From NCBI GenBank assembly GCA_054600435.1, contig BAAIJX010000024.1:248001-312000 (forward strand): a stretch of 64,000 bases of DNA, written 5' to 3'. Positions 1 to 12,309 of the stretch are shown piece after piece. Every line of letters starts with the position of its first letter. Positions within the stretch are counted from its first letter, which is position 1. The notes beneath the pieces are model-generated. The model did not search any database. It had not been told where the DNA came from and saw only the letters and a list, made by a program, of their open reading frames with translations. Position numbers and translations under genes: made by a program. Origin of the DNA: Neophaeotheca triangularis (taxonomy: Eukaryota).

Positions 1-78
1 TATTATTAAGTACTAAAGATAGGCTATATAAGTCTAAAGTTTCTCCCCTTCGACAAGTAGACTATAAGATTTCTAGAA

Positions 79-1623
79 CATGATATAGCTATATATACTA
101 GGTAACGCCTAGGCGGAAAACGCACTACCCTCGACTTACTACTCCGCTTATTAGACGATAAAACTGTAAGTCGTAGCTTATTAACGTAAAAGAGATACTT
201 ACTAACTCTATAGTAGCGCTTTAACTAACTCGTAGCATATAATAAAGATGTCCTTAACATCGAATAAAAGGCTAAATTGAACTAGCTTAGTTACTACTTC
301 TAAGAGCTAGCTATAAGTATCGAGGATAGTTCGGAAGACGAGTTATTAGAAGGTAGAAGGAAAGACGTAGGGGAAGGAAATTCGAGAGGCGATAGTAAGT
401 AGTATAGGAAACGACCGCTCGAAGACTTCGGTAATAGTACGGCGAAGAGACGAGCTATAGCCGTTAAATAATCGGTCGTATAGAGTAAGCGAAATTAGAA
501 GGGAGGTACTAAGAAGAAGATGAATAAGGAATAGAGTCCTATTAACGCTTTTTAGGGCTTTACTAGCGCTAGGGGCCTTTAGACACTACCTAGTAGTAGC
601 TAAGGTAACTCTACTCGGGGTAGTCGTAATATATCGCCTTAGTCTACCGCTTCGAGCTATTAGTCTAGTATATTACGGCTAAAGTCGCTCTCGCTACCCG
701 AAGGCCTACTAATAACGGCCTAAGGCGAGTACGTAACCGTATACACTTTCCTCTTTACTAACGATATTAGAGTTAAGGGTTTCGCCCCTATTAGTAGTAC
801 CTATACGAGTAGAGATACGTTTATAGATCGGTATCTCTATACGCGGTAGCTTTATAACCATAAGGAAAAGGATTACTCGCGCCTATACTTCTTATTACTC
901 TAGTATTATGACATAGTAAAACTGATTTACCCTTAAGGCTCGGGTCGTATTAGGAGTAGAATAAGGGAGGTTCTTAGGGCTATTTTAGAAGAAAATAATA
1001 GTGGCGTTAACCCTAAAGACATTATCGACGACATTGTTAAGTAGAGCTTATACGGTAGAAAGATTAACATCTTATATAAGAAGTAGGGTATAGGATACAT
1101 CTTTTTTCTAGCTAAAGTACTAAGCGAGAACTTATAAGTCTTCCTTAATTTCGCTAAATACTACCCTTAGCTTACTAATAGCGATACTTATAGCCTAAAG
1201 AACATGTTTATATCTTCTAGAGATACTTTTAAAGAGGCTATATAGTACCTTAGCGACCTAGGCCTCTATAAGATAGCATAAGAGGAGATAGTAGCTAGCC
1301 TCGCAAATAAGACGCGAAGCCATTTCATTAAAGAGTTCTAAGAGGGGTTTAAGAAGATGGCGGCAGATGCGGAGAGCTCGAGTCACGTAGGCTAGTAGTT
1401 AAAGTTCACGGTCCCTACTTCATGTTATGTAGCCTTAGGATGTAGAGACACACGTATCGTAATATAGAGTTATTAGCTAGGGTCGAGTAGTGAGTGTAGA
1501 AGTGTGTCGCTAGTAGGTCTAGAGTGGCTAGCTTCTAAATTGCTATAAAGAACGGATCGTCTAAAAGTGCTCCACGCCTACTACGTCGCCCCGGGCCGAA
1601 GGAGGGAGACTTTAGATTACTAA
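79..1623 (+). pseudogene. RIP'd cargo gene of unknown function, present only in copy 1 within this window
   Basis: Long de-RIPpable plus-strand frame with an intron-like segment (GTAAGT near 165, CTAAC...TAG near 212) and an NLS-like KRPLEDFGNSTAKRRA. Coordinates approximate. Confidence 0.4.
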
Positions 1624-1659
1624 CTACTCGCCCGAACTATCCGTATACGTTCATTTTGT

Positions 1660-2490
1660 CATGTATACTATGGCGAAAGTTTTGACAGAGCTTTTTCGAC
1701 TACTAGAGTTTAAGGCGAATGTTCTTTTTCGACTCGATTTCCGTAAGTGTCTCTTTATACTTCTTAGAAGAGAGATTAATCCCTATACTTATAGTAGGCA
1801 CGACGCTAAACGCCTTCACGTTATCATCGATTATAACCCCTAGCTGCTCGAGGCTCTCGAGAGCTTAACCGAGCGAATTAACATAGCCCGCGTTGTCGTT
1901 CAGTAGGCTATCGACGGCGGAACGGAAATCGGGGGAGTTTAAAGTGCTAATAATTAAGTAGGAGAGGTAGTAGGCGTCACTATGCCTAAGCTAATCGGCG
2001 TAGGATTCAGCTTATCTAAAGACTTAATCGGCATACTTTAACTATACTAAAGCAGCATCTCTAGAAGGGAACTCGGCGGTATTCTCGAGCACCCAAAATA
2101 GTGCCTCGCGGTTAGGGTACGCTAGAAAGCCTAGGGACGGAAAAGCGGCTAGCGAGTAGCGGTCGGACGTAACTAACTAGTAACTTACGGTAGCGATAGT
2201 AACGCTTACGAGGAGGATAAAGAGCGCCTATTTAGATTAAAAGCTATCGCGAGGTTACTATTGCTTAGTAACTCGAGGCTAATAATCGCCGCTTTCGCTG
2301 CTCCTCTTAAGGCCCTACTAAAGCGCGCCTCCTTTCCCTTCCTTTTCTTTAACATAGACATCGAGTAGACTTAGGTCGAAACTCCCGTCTGCGAAGACGT
2401 AGCCTACTACGCGAACACGCTCGTTTAAGTCATCTACTATAGCTTGATTACTACTGCTTTTAGAATTTGAGTTTTAGACCGCTATCGCCG
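1660..2490 (-). pseudogene. RIP'd cargo gene, intact span in copy 1 and truncated in copy 2 at 38719
   Basis: The minus-strand frame runs through the 2245 homology breakpoint in copy 1. Confidence 0.35.
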
Positions 2491-4472
2491 CTATCGCTGC
2501 TATCGTCGCTGTCGTCGCTATCGTAGAGTGTGTAAGTACGTGAACGGAACGGCCTAAGGGGCATCGAGATAGACGGTAACAAGAAGAGATCACTAGTATA
2601 GCACGTAATGTCTATCTTCTAGAACATAAATAGGGCTTTACTCGTATCTTATTACCGAAGCTCTCTTGAAACTAATAGTATGCGGCTATACGCCGTCACT
2701 ACATATAGGTTATATATAGGTCCCCTTAGTTGTCCTTAACTTGCCTAATTAGTCGTGCTACTAGACTTGCCTATAGCTTATCTGCCGAGGGAGGTCGCTT
2801 TTAGTGTTATCGTAGAGGAATTATCTCTTAAGAGACCTATCGATATTACATTATTAAGAGGACCGGTAGTGGCATGGTTATATTCTTAAGATAGCATAAA
2901 AAGATGGCTCGTAGGTAGATCCGTCCTAAGACACTTTTAGCGGAGCTTCTAGCCGACCTATACAAATAGCTATTACTTTGTACTAGAATAAGGTTATCGC
3001 TTTAACCCTATTAACGACTATGTAGTAGAACGCAGAAGCTTAGTAAGAGGATAGGTTGAAAACCTCCGCTAGTAGGAATCGCTAAAGTAGATAACGAGGG
3101 TAGTGCACCCGTCGTAGCCCCCTTTCTATCGTCGACGTAGGCGAGCACTTTTACCTTTAAAAGCTGCCGGTCTCTCCCTAACTACTAGCCAACAAATTAT
3201 TAAAGCTAAACATAGTATAACTCGTATAACGTATTAGGAACGCACTCTTATAGGCCTACGTCGCTATAGTAGTAGTGGGTATCTCCGCCGTAGTACTCGA
3301 CGACGACCCTATCGCTATAGCTAATGTCCGAAGCGTTGTTACGCGGGCCTAACACTAAATCTCGCCGGTTCTCTATACCGTTCTTAACTCCGAAGCGCTA
3401 AAAGTTATATAGACTCGCCTCGAAAACCTCTTCTCTACCGCTTTTACTACGATCTAGATAGAGATGTCGTTTCGCTTTTACTCTAGCCTAGAAGCTTCTA
3501 CCCTTACTATATAGGACTATATAGCTATCGCGCTTTACGTATTAACGCTACTAGCCGCCTATAAGACATACCGGAGCCTATATCGCTTACTCTAGTATCT
3601 CGCGCGGTAAGTGTTTAATTAACTAATTCTCCGAAGTATAGCGCTAATAAAACTTATATCGCTATAGTCCTATAACGGTATCGCTTACAGTATAGGACAT
3701 TAGCGAGGAAGACTACGTAAGCTTCTTAAGGCGGACGTAAGGCCGTATTAGGAAGTATAGTCGTTAAGTGAATAGCGGTTCGGTTAGTTTAGTATAGTTA
3801 GTTAGTTAAGGGGAGGGGGGAGGGGGGAGGCAGGGTAGAAGGGGTAACTAAGGTGTCGATTACTAGACTTTTACCGACCTCGTTATACGTTCTAGGGTTT
3901 CCTATATTCGTCGAGCGAATTAGTACAATATAGTGTTTCGTTTCCTTCTATTAGAACTAGGCTAAATTTCATAGCTTGCTTCTACTTTACTTACTTATAG
4001 ACTTTTCGCTACTACGAGTTTATATAGCTATTACCTCCTAACCCTTTACTACCTGCCTTTTTAACCTCCCTACTTTACTATCCGTCTATTAGGCTCTCCT
4101 CCTACTTAGGGCTTATAGCTATATTATCCGTTCCGAAATAGCGTCTATAGCGCCTAGGCTAAACTAGGGGTTACCTAGTAGGGAAGTCGTTTAATTATAG
4201 TAATATAGTGCGGAAAGGTACTTCTTATAGCCTTTAAGCTCCTTAGACATACGTATACGCTAATTACTATAGCTTAACAACTTTTCCTACTATACTAGAG
4301 TAAGACTTAGCGTATATATATCCCTTCTACCCTCGACTCGGATCCTTAGTCCTTCTCTTCCCTATTACTTTAGTTAGCTTCTAACTCCTAAACTTTATAC
4401 CTAGACTACGCAGACTTCCTATTTCTATCCTAAACCGCTAAAAACCTACTAACAAAACCCTAAACACTCCTA

Positions 4473-4980
4473 ACATAGACGCTAGGCGCCTAACGGCACT
4501 TATGTCCTTTACGGCGGTTAGCGGTATGACTGCTTACCTCTTTACCACTATACTTAACGAAGGCTCCTAGGTCTAGGCTATTACTACTATTACTACCTTT
4601 ATTACCGACCTTAGCACTAGCGGCCTCCCTACTAAGCTCTTCGACTACTGTGTTAAACCTGCCGTTATCGGCCTCTTTATCGTCTTCCGTATCGTTAACC
4701 TCGTTATCGTCGACCTAGTTACCGCCTACCTTATCGACATTGTCGACTTAGCTAACTATCTCTACCTCGAGTTCGCGTACTACTACACTAAGATAATGTA
4801 CGCTTATAGTCCGATCGTCGTCTAGCCCGCTATTCTAACCTTTATCCTCCTCTTCTACTACGCCGTCTACGCCCTTAAAGCATATACTATCTATCTCGCC
4901 GGAATCTTCTCTAAGCTCTACCTCACGTTAAGCGCCGGATTAATCGGTCGTTACACGACTATCGCTAATCGGTAAGCCTA
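4473..4980 (+). pseudogene. Small hydrophobic (membrane) cargo protein; paralog near 40943-41450
   Basis: De-RIP frame MDARRLTALMSFTAVSGMTAYLF...VIGLFVVFRIVNLVIVDLV...AILTFILLFYYAVYAL with several hydrophobic segments. Confidence 0.4.
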
Positions 4981-7900
4981 GTTTCCTACTTCTCGCATCT
5001 TATATCCGGCTAACTATATAATAGTGTTAAAGTCTCCGTCTTCGGCGACCGCGAGTAAGTGACTAAGGGATTAACGGTTAAGTAGACGGTAGATAGGGGA
5101 TTAGGTAGATAGCAGTAAGGCGTGAAGGGGTTAAGAGTTAGAGGAGCTAATAATTTAGAGCCTTTCGGAGCACGTTACGAGTTACATTTTGTTCTTCTAC
5201 ATTATTAGTAAGTATTATCACGACAACGGCAGCTAGGTTTATAGGTTAGGTATTTAGACGTTCGGTATTTTCATTTAGTTATCTAGATAGTCACTTAGTT
5301 TTTAAGGCCTCGTTCGCAAAAGCTTTTCGAGTTATTTGTCACGTGCCCTTAAGTCTACTAAGTCGGCGGGAACCGCTACATATGTAGTAGTTAGCACGCA
5401 TATCACCTCCTACGTAAGTACATACTAGATTTGATATATATACTATATTAACCACTATAGCACCTCCTCGTTCCTTCTTCGATCTACCGATTCGGGACTA
5501 CTCGTACACGAAGGAGGAAGACGGTAAAGATCGAGCGGAGGGCCTTACGAGATAGGCTAACGATTTCGAGTAATAGTAGAGGTAGTAAGAGATAAGGTAT
5601 CGTGTTACGTAGACCTTAAAACTACAAGTACGAGTATAGAACTAAGCTAATGTTAAATATTAGATTAAGAGAGCTTTAAGTAGTAGTAGAGAGGCGGGAG
5701 ACCGTATACCGCGAGGCCTTAACAAGTAGTCGAGAAGAGCTAGAAAGCGTTAAACGCCGTCTTAGTAGGGAACTTATTGCGTTTATATAAGACGAGTAAC
5801 CGAATCGTATAGATGTATAGTATAAAGAATAGAAGCGAAGATTTCTTGCTACTATATATGAAACCGACAAATCTAATTAGAGAGTCACTAAAGGCGAGCG
5901 TACCCCTTAAGCTATAGTAACCTTAAGGGTAGCGTTAAGTATCTACATTCCTATCTTAATTCGTATACGCTATGCTTATTTATACCGGAACTTTTTATCT
6001 AGGGGCTAATCGCGCTATAGGCTAAGCTTACCGGTAATCGCTAATAGTAGCTAGAGCGTAGTCGTAGTTTCTAGCTCCGGCTCGTAGCTTAGGTGCTTTA
6101 AAAGCTACCTAGTACCTACTAGCTTTCGCGTACTAGGTAATGCCTTAAAAGGAAACACCGAACGTGTTAGTTAAACTAGCTAGTAAAGAAGGCCTAACCA
6201 CTACATACTCTTTTAGATCAAAGTATCGGACGCCCCTAACATAAGTCACCGCCTTTAAGCCGACTTAAGTGCCCCTTAGCGTAAACGCAAAGTATCTTTC
6301 GAGACAGATCTTCTTAAGGTCGATGACGGCGAAGTCGAAAGCGCTGTTTAGGACCGTAGCACTTAAGTAGCCGGGGCCGTAAAGCGTACTAAAACCACGC
6401 AATCTATAGACCTATGTACTCCTTATAATACCCGCATCTATAAGTCGAAGCTATCGCGTTCGCACCTTAAGAGCGCTACTAGTATAGAGCGAGTGTTTAA
6501 GGCTATTAGGAAGGGAGCTATCGCGGTCGACAAGCTATAAGAGAGACAAAAAACAATATCATTAATTCTACTAGCCTTTAAGCTAATGCCGAGAAGGAAG
6601 CCGTTTAGCGAGCGACTTGCTTACCTCGAGACTACTACTACGTAATATAGTAAGGTAATCGCCGACCTCTAGAAAAAGGATACTAAAGGCTACTCTAAAC
6701 CTTACGATGGTAAGGACTACGTAGTACTGCGGGGCAAGTTTAGTTAGGATGATCAAATCGATATACTTCTTATAGCTACGGACTCGTAGACTACGGCATT
6801 AGACGAGATTTAGGTGCTCTTTTACCCCTTCTCGAGCCTAGTCTTGTCCTAAGTATCCTACTACGGAAGACGAAGGATCGAAGGCGAAGGAGAGGGGATA
6901 GCTCGGCGCTGTCTATAGTTTTGCATCCTCCCGCTAGTCTATATTGCCGCGCTATAGAGGAGCGGAAAATAGATTATGGGCAAAGTAAAAGCTAAGGGTA
7001 TACGGTATAGTAACGTTATCCTTTAACTCTCCTACTTACTAGCCTCTACCTTACTTTAAAGAATTTACATCGTTTACTAGCCCGTGTATTCTATACACTT
7101 TTTCGCTATGTCTGCCGTAAAAGATTTATAGCCTACTATTACTACCCTCCCTACTATGCCCTTACTATAGTCCTTTAGTAATGCTTCCGGCATAGCGAGT
7201 ATTAGAATATAATGAAGACGAAGTAAGTTTTCATGTTGTAACATTAATACTAGACTGCTAATTCAAGAGTACAAAATAGCTATATAATAAAATCCCCGTA
7301 CAAAAGCCCTTACCTATCTATAGTACCTCCCTAGTAAGGATAATCCCTTACCGGGTCCTAATCTAAGTTCGAGAGGCGCACAATAAAGAACCTAGAAGGT
7401 ACTCTATAAACATTCCATTAATCCTCGCAACATCTCCCCTTCCCCGTTCCCCTACTAACTAGCGCCCTAAAGTGCCTAGACAATCCTTATACCTTCGTTC
7501 ACTACTAGCCCTTCTAAACCTCCGTAGGGAATAGGCTATTTATCTCGATGCGGTCATAGGCACTTATATCGTTAATACCGGACCTATCGACGATCTTCTG
7601 TAGCTAATCTAACTTGAACTAAAGGCTCCTTAGCTTTATGTCGTAGCTATCCTAGCGATACTCGATATAAGCTAGGCGATCGTCGAGTGCCTATAGGCGC
7701 TTAGGATTAAGGGCGGTCTTTTATATGCGCTCGATTATAGCCAAATTACGTTAGAGTTTCTTATAGTCGGCGTCGTCGTCTTTCTTAGAGGAAGCTTACT
7801 TTTGCTTTAATATCATTACTAAGGACGCGGATGTACGACGGGCGGTAGTAGAGGCCTTTAAGACCCTCGGCTTACCTTTAAACTTAGTGCTTAAGCCGGG

Positions 7901-8567
7901 CGATTTTGCACGTAGGCACGATAGACGGCTACTAGCCGAGATGTTATTAGAGGTAAGGTATAAGCTTAGGAGAGGGTCTACGAACTAATCTTCTAACTCT
8001 ATACTAGAGCCGGACATAGCCGTAAGTAAAGGTCGGCGAGTATACGACTATATAGTTAGGAGAGTCGAGCTAGTTAAGGAAGGGTGTTAAAATCACGTGT
8101 AGAGTAAATAGGTCGGTATAGCACGCTTCTACATACAATAAAAGTTGGATTCTGCCTTATAGGTTTGTTTAAAGACGCCTACTTATGACAAGGCGCGTGT
8201 AAGGCAAGCGATGTTTAAAAGCCTTTAAGTAATTATTGCCTTTACAAGCCGCTATTAAAGTTAACGCTTATCAAGAGCCGTTATAAACGAGATGCTAACA
8301 CTAACGGGTACTGCCTAGGCTTTACTAGGGCTATTAGCAGTTTATTAACATCTACGCATTCTCGTAATAATAGCGTATCCGCGCCTTATCTACCTTTATA
8401 GTCCTAATGACTAAGGATATATACTTAACATGTAGGTATCCTATTCGGGTACGGGCTTATAGAGCAGCCTATAGTAGCTCGTTTACCGTAGCGCTATCGA
8501 CTAGTAGACTACGGTAACTTTAATCTTCTCCCCTCTCTTAGCGGTGTATTAGTTGTTATAGGCGACG

Positions 8568-10742
8568 ATAATGTCTCCCTTATCGAAACGACAGCCGCTT
8601 AAAATCCTCGAACTAGTGCTTCTATATAGTAGAGGTGCGCTGTTCGAAGCTAACGTCTTCTCTATACTCCGAAAAAGGCTATATGTCGTCCGGTCGTTTA
8701 AATTCTCCCCTACTAATAGCGCCGTTAACTGCACGAGATAGTACGGCCTCTAAGACGATTACACTATAAGATTTCATCACCTTAATTCCTAGCTTCCCGG
8801 ACAGTAGAGCTAGTACCTCCTCTTCGACGTTAAATCCTCCTTAGATACGCTCGACTATTACCTCGTGACAGAACTAGAGCAAAAGCGTCTAGTTGCGTTC
8901 TACATTACAATGTACGCTTCTAACCCTTCCTTTGTCGACGTGTTCCTAAATCTAGACTAAGACGTACGCGACACGGTAATAAGCAGTACGAAACCTAATA
9001 ACGACTACAGCTCGTAAGAAAAGTAGGAGGGCAAAATGTTAGTAAACGTTCGATAGAAGTTACGGCTACGAGGCGGCACCTTCGGCATACTAGACTAAAG
9101 CTCCGCGCCTTATCGCATACTAATCGCATTACTTCTAGTTGCTATCGAAAACATTAGGCGATACGTGACCTATAGCTAGACGTATATTAACCTATAGACT
9201 AGTGTAATATTTAAGAACTAGAAACCTATCCTCGTAATGTAACCTACGTAGCTAAGGCCTATAGAGTATACGGCATACTTTATAGCCTATAAGTTAGCTA
9301 TTCACATCATGAGGTGCGATTCGTACGCCTATTAACTAAACTTCTACCTAATTAACCTCGTACTACGACTCGCGGACTTTAGTTTCTATAGCCGTCTTAT
9401 CTAGTATAAAGTGGACAACATCCTATAGCTCTCGAGCACGACTTTTAATAACATGCTTATGTCGCGTAAAACAAGGACTAGTACCGTATATCATTACTTT
9501 AACATATTCGAGCTTTTTAACTTCTTTTTCTACGAGTTCGAGATCAAGGCTAAACTACCTCGTAAAGTCTTCTTTTTCATACCCGAGAGCGAGTTCCCTA
9601 ATTCGTTCTACACTAAGACGGTAATACATGACAGTTTCGAGCCGTACCGAAAACGTTTCCTTATCGACCTTAATGACGACCTTAAGTGGATAACAAAAGT
9701 GTAGGACATTATGTAGCGTTACCTATAGGCTCGGAAAGCCGGCTATCGCCCCCTACGGGAGGTAGTAGCTAACCTATTAGTACTACTTTTAGGCGATAGC
9801 GACAATGACAACGACGACGACTACTACGGCCTCGGCAACGGCGATTACGATTCGTTAGTAGCGTATAGGAAGTAGAAAGCAAGTAAATATAAAGTAGGCA
9901 AGTAGGGGGTAGGGAACACGAGTTCTAAAGAGCATACTATACTTATAAGGTTAGCCTTTCGTCGATTCTTCTACAAGGTCATAGATCGATGCGCTTAGCG
10001 AAGGTCGATGCTAGTCGTCGTTTTAGCTCTAAATTATACACTCGGGGACTTTAGTATCTACTGCTATAAGTAGACTCTTAGTAAGTAGTACGACTAGTTC
10101 AAACGAGGCAAGCCTCCGTAGGTCGCTAATACGCTACCGAGTAGTACGCTAATAGTCCCGTTACTTTTCTTTTCACAAGTCTATAAAGCCGGCTTTGTCG
10201 GAGCTAAGCTTAGCGTGCCCTAATTTAGACGTCTAGATACGAGTACCCTTAGAAGATTAGTCCTTTAGGATATCGCTAGCTATAACACTACTACCTATGT
10301 GCCTTTAGTACCCGTAATAGTGCCCTTATAGGACATCTAGCCTACCTAAAGCTAGCGAGAGATCTTCCACGAAAAGACTTCGGCGGAAGGGGAGTAGTCC
10401 CTTATAACTCTAGAAGTCTCCTACTTTCTTAATACCGGTCGCTTCCTATCTAAGTATTCTATTAGATCGGGTCCGCAAAACTACTCTCGCGTAGGTAAGG
10501 ACAAAGTGTAGGGTAAGGTTTAGACTCTTCTCGAGCGTTTTACGGGTCTTTAATCGTTTTAGTATCTACCGGGTCTAGAGCGTAATCCTACGTAATTGCG
10601 CTGTACTTTACAAACAATCTACTAAGCACTTACTAACTAGTAGACTGCCGACCTCGAGTAGGTCTAAACTAGAGCAGATTCCGACCGAGTTAATATAAGC
10701 TATAGAGCATATTTAGTCGATTTGCTTACTAATTTAAACTAA
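8568..10742 (+). pseudogene. RIP-inactivated tyrosine recombinase (DUF3435/captain-like), copy 1
   Basis: Paralog of 45037-47217. Has a 6-bp deletion near 9961 that removes the HG of the FRHG motif. Confidence 0.65.
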
Positions 10743-10867
10743 ACTTTTACCCTATAGCACTTGTTTACTTTAATTCACTTTAAAATCTCTAAACACTAAA
10801 AAAAACCATTTAATGTTAAAATAAACAATATCCTCTAAGGAAAATACTAAAAAAATTGTTATAGGCT

Positions 10868-10915
10868 TAATTGTTCCCATTCCCGGGGACGACACCCTAG
10901 CGCTAGGAACAATTA
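10868..10915. other. attP-like right-end/left-end junction
   Basis: TAATTGTTCCCA (10868-79) pairs with TAGGAACAATTA (10904-15), one RIP-type mismatch. Inner arms CCGGGG and CCCTAG flank a 6-bp spacer ACGACA (10889-94). Confidence 0.8.
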
Positions 10916-11109
10916 CAAGTATATGTATTATAAGACATAAGGGTGGTTAAAGTAGTACTACGTAGTCTAGGCTCTCTAAACTCCCTAAGACATACATTAA
11001 CTACGCTGCAACTTAGAGCGTAGAAAGCGAGCTACGAAATGCCCCGGCCCTCCCTACGAGTAAGTAGTATGAGCCGACGCCGTAGATACACTTAGAAGGT
11101 AAAGGCTTA

Positions 11110-11603
11110 TCTAATCGCGGCTAGAGAATTGCTCGATGTCGTTAGGCAGATCCTCGAGCAGTAGTGCTAAGTTCGTAGACATATTAGTTAGGAGATCTTA
11201 AAAAGTATTATAGAGGTAAGGAGAGACTTTATACCTCGGGCGGCCTTTATGCCTTCGATTGCAGCTTAAAGAGCTTCTAAGATGTCCTGTTGTCTGTCGT
11301 AGCTTCCGCGTTCGATAGCGCGCTCGAGGACGGCGACAGTTTAATTAAGGGTTACTAGTACTATAGTCCTATGCATGTTGCCTACCGCCTCGGCGAGCTC
11401 GGGATCTTCCTCGCTTCCTAAGGCTAGCACGTCGATAGTAGCTTCGATAATAGCGCTAGTTCGAGCGTCGGTAATGTCTAGACTCGGTTAGATGATTCTA
11501 GGCCCGACAAGATAACTAGAACTTACTATTAAAGGCAGCGTAAGGCCTAGCCACCGCGTAATACATAGAGTCGATGTTTAAGCGGATCGAGGGTTTAGCC
11601 ATT
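11110..11603 (-). pseudogene. Small two-intron cargo gene at the element's left end
   Basis: ATG GCT AAA CCC near 11603. GTAAGT/CTAAC/AG intron signals. Helical acidic product (EEDPELAEAVGNMH). Confidence 0.4.
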
Positions 11604-11967
11604 TTTAACGGTTCGAGCTAAACGTTAAATTGCTAGTAGTAGAACAGCGCCTAAGGCCCTATAACTACGACACGTCGGTAAGTACCTAATTGCATGGTTT
11701 TATCGTGTTAAAATCGGGTACTGCTAGCATGTTTAGCTCTAGACTACACCCTGCTAATGCTATTAATTATCCCTAAGGCATAACCTAGAAGGTTTACTAA
11801 GTACGGTCCCTTATTAATGTAGTAAAGGCCGCACCTACGTACAAGTCTAGCATTATGCGCATTCTAAACGGGCATTTCCCTTGTCTTCCTTATGATCGGA
11901 GTAACGCGCTAGACTAAATGAAGTAGGGCAGGTAACGTAGGGCTAAGCCTCCGGCGCGAGCCGCGCC

Positions 11968-12122
11968 TATTATAATATGTAGCGGCACGAACTCGATTAA
12001 TTGATTTCAAAGGACTAAACTAGGTACTTTATAGCAAAGCCTATAAAGACAGGTTGCAGCTTCTATAGCTTCTACCTTAGGCATACGATGTTACGTACTA
12101 TACTGTATAGCTTATTACAACA
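11968..12122 (-). repeat. Copia 3' LTR
   Basis: Matches 26097-26251 and is preceded by the PPT on the minus strand. Confidence 0.95.
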
Positions 12123-12309
12123 CTCTCCCTACTGTTAAGTAACACGTGAATGCCCTTTTTAGTAGTGACTATGTGAATTTACTACGTTTTACGGTAATTG
12201 CCGCTAACACGCCCTACTATATATTATCACGTAGAAGCTACTAGTGACAGGAAGGTATTACTATCACTTTTAGAAAGCTCCTAAAAGAACACAGCACTAT
12301 AAAAAGGCC

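Larger units (their letters stand above)
1..10893 (+). mobile_element. Right-hand part of copy 1 of a large tyrosine-recombinase (Starship-like) element; left end lies outside the window
   Basis: 2245-10893 is colinear with 38719-47368 (offset 36474-36475). It ends in the same terminus CCCATTCCCGGGGACGAC and contains the same recombinase pseudogene. Confidence 0.8.
2245..10893 (+). repeat. 8.65 kb direct repeat, copy A
   Basis: Starts TATCGCGAGGTTACTATT at 2245 and 38719. Ends ...GGGGACGAC at 10893 and 47368. Confidence 0.97.

Noticed and set aside
2480..2525. (TCGCTG)n-like hexamer tract, also near 38955
   Set aside because: Simple microsatellite within the duplicated arm, with no evidence of function.
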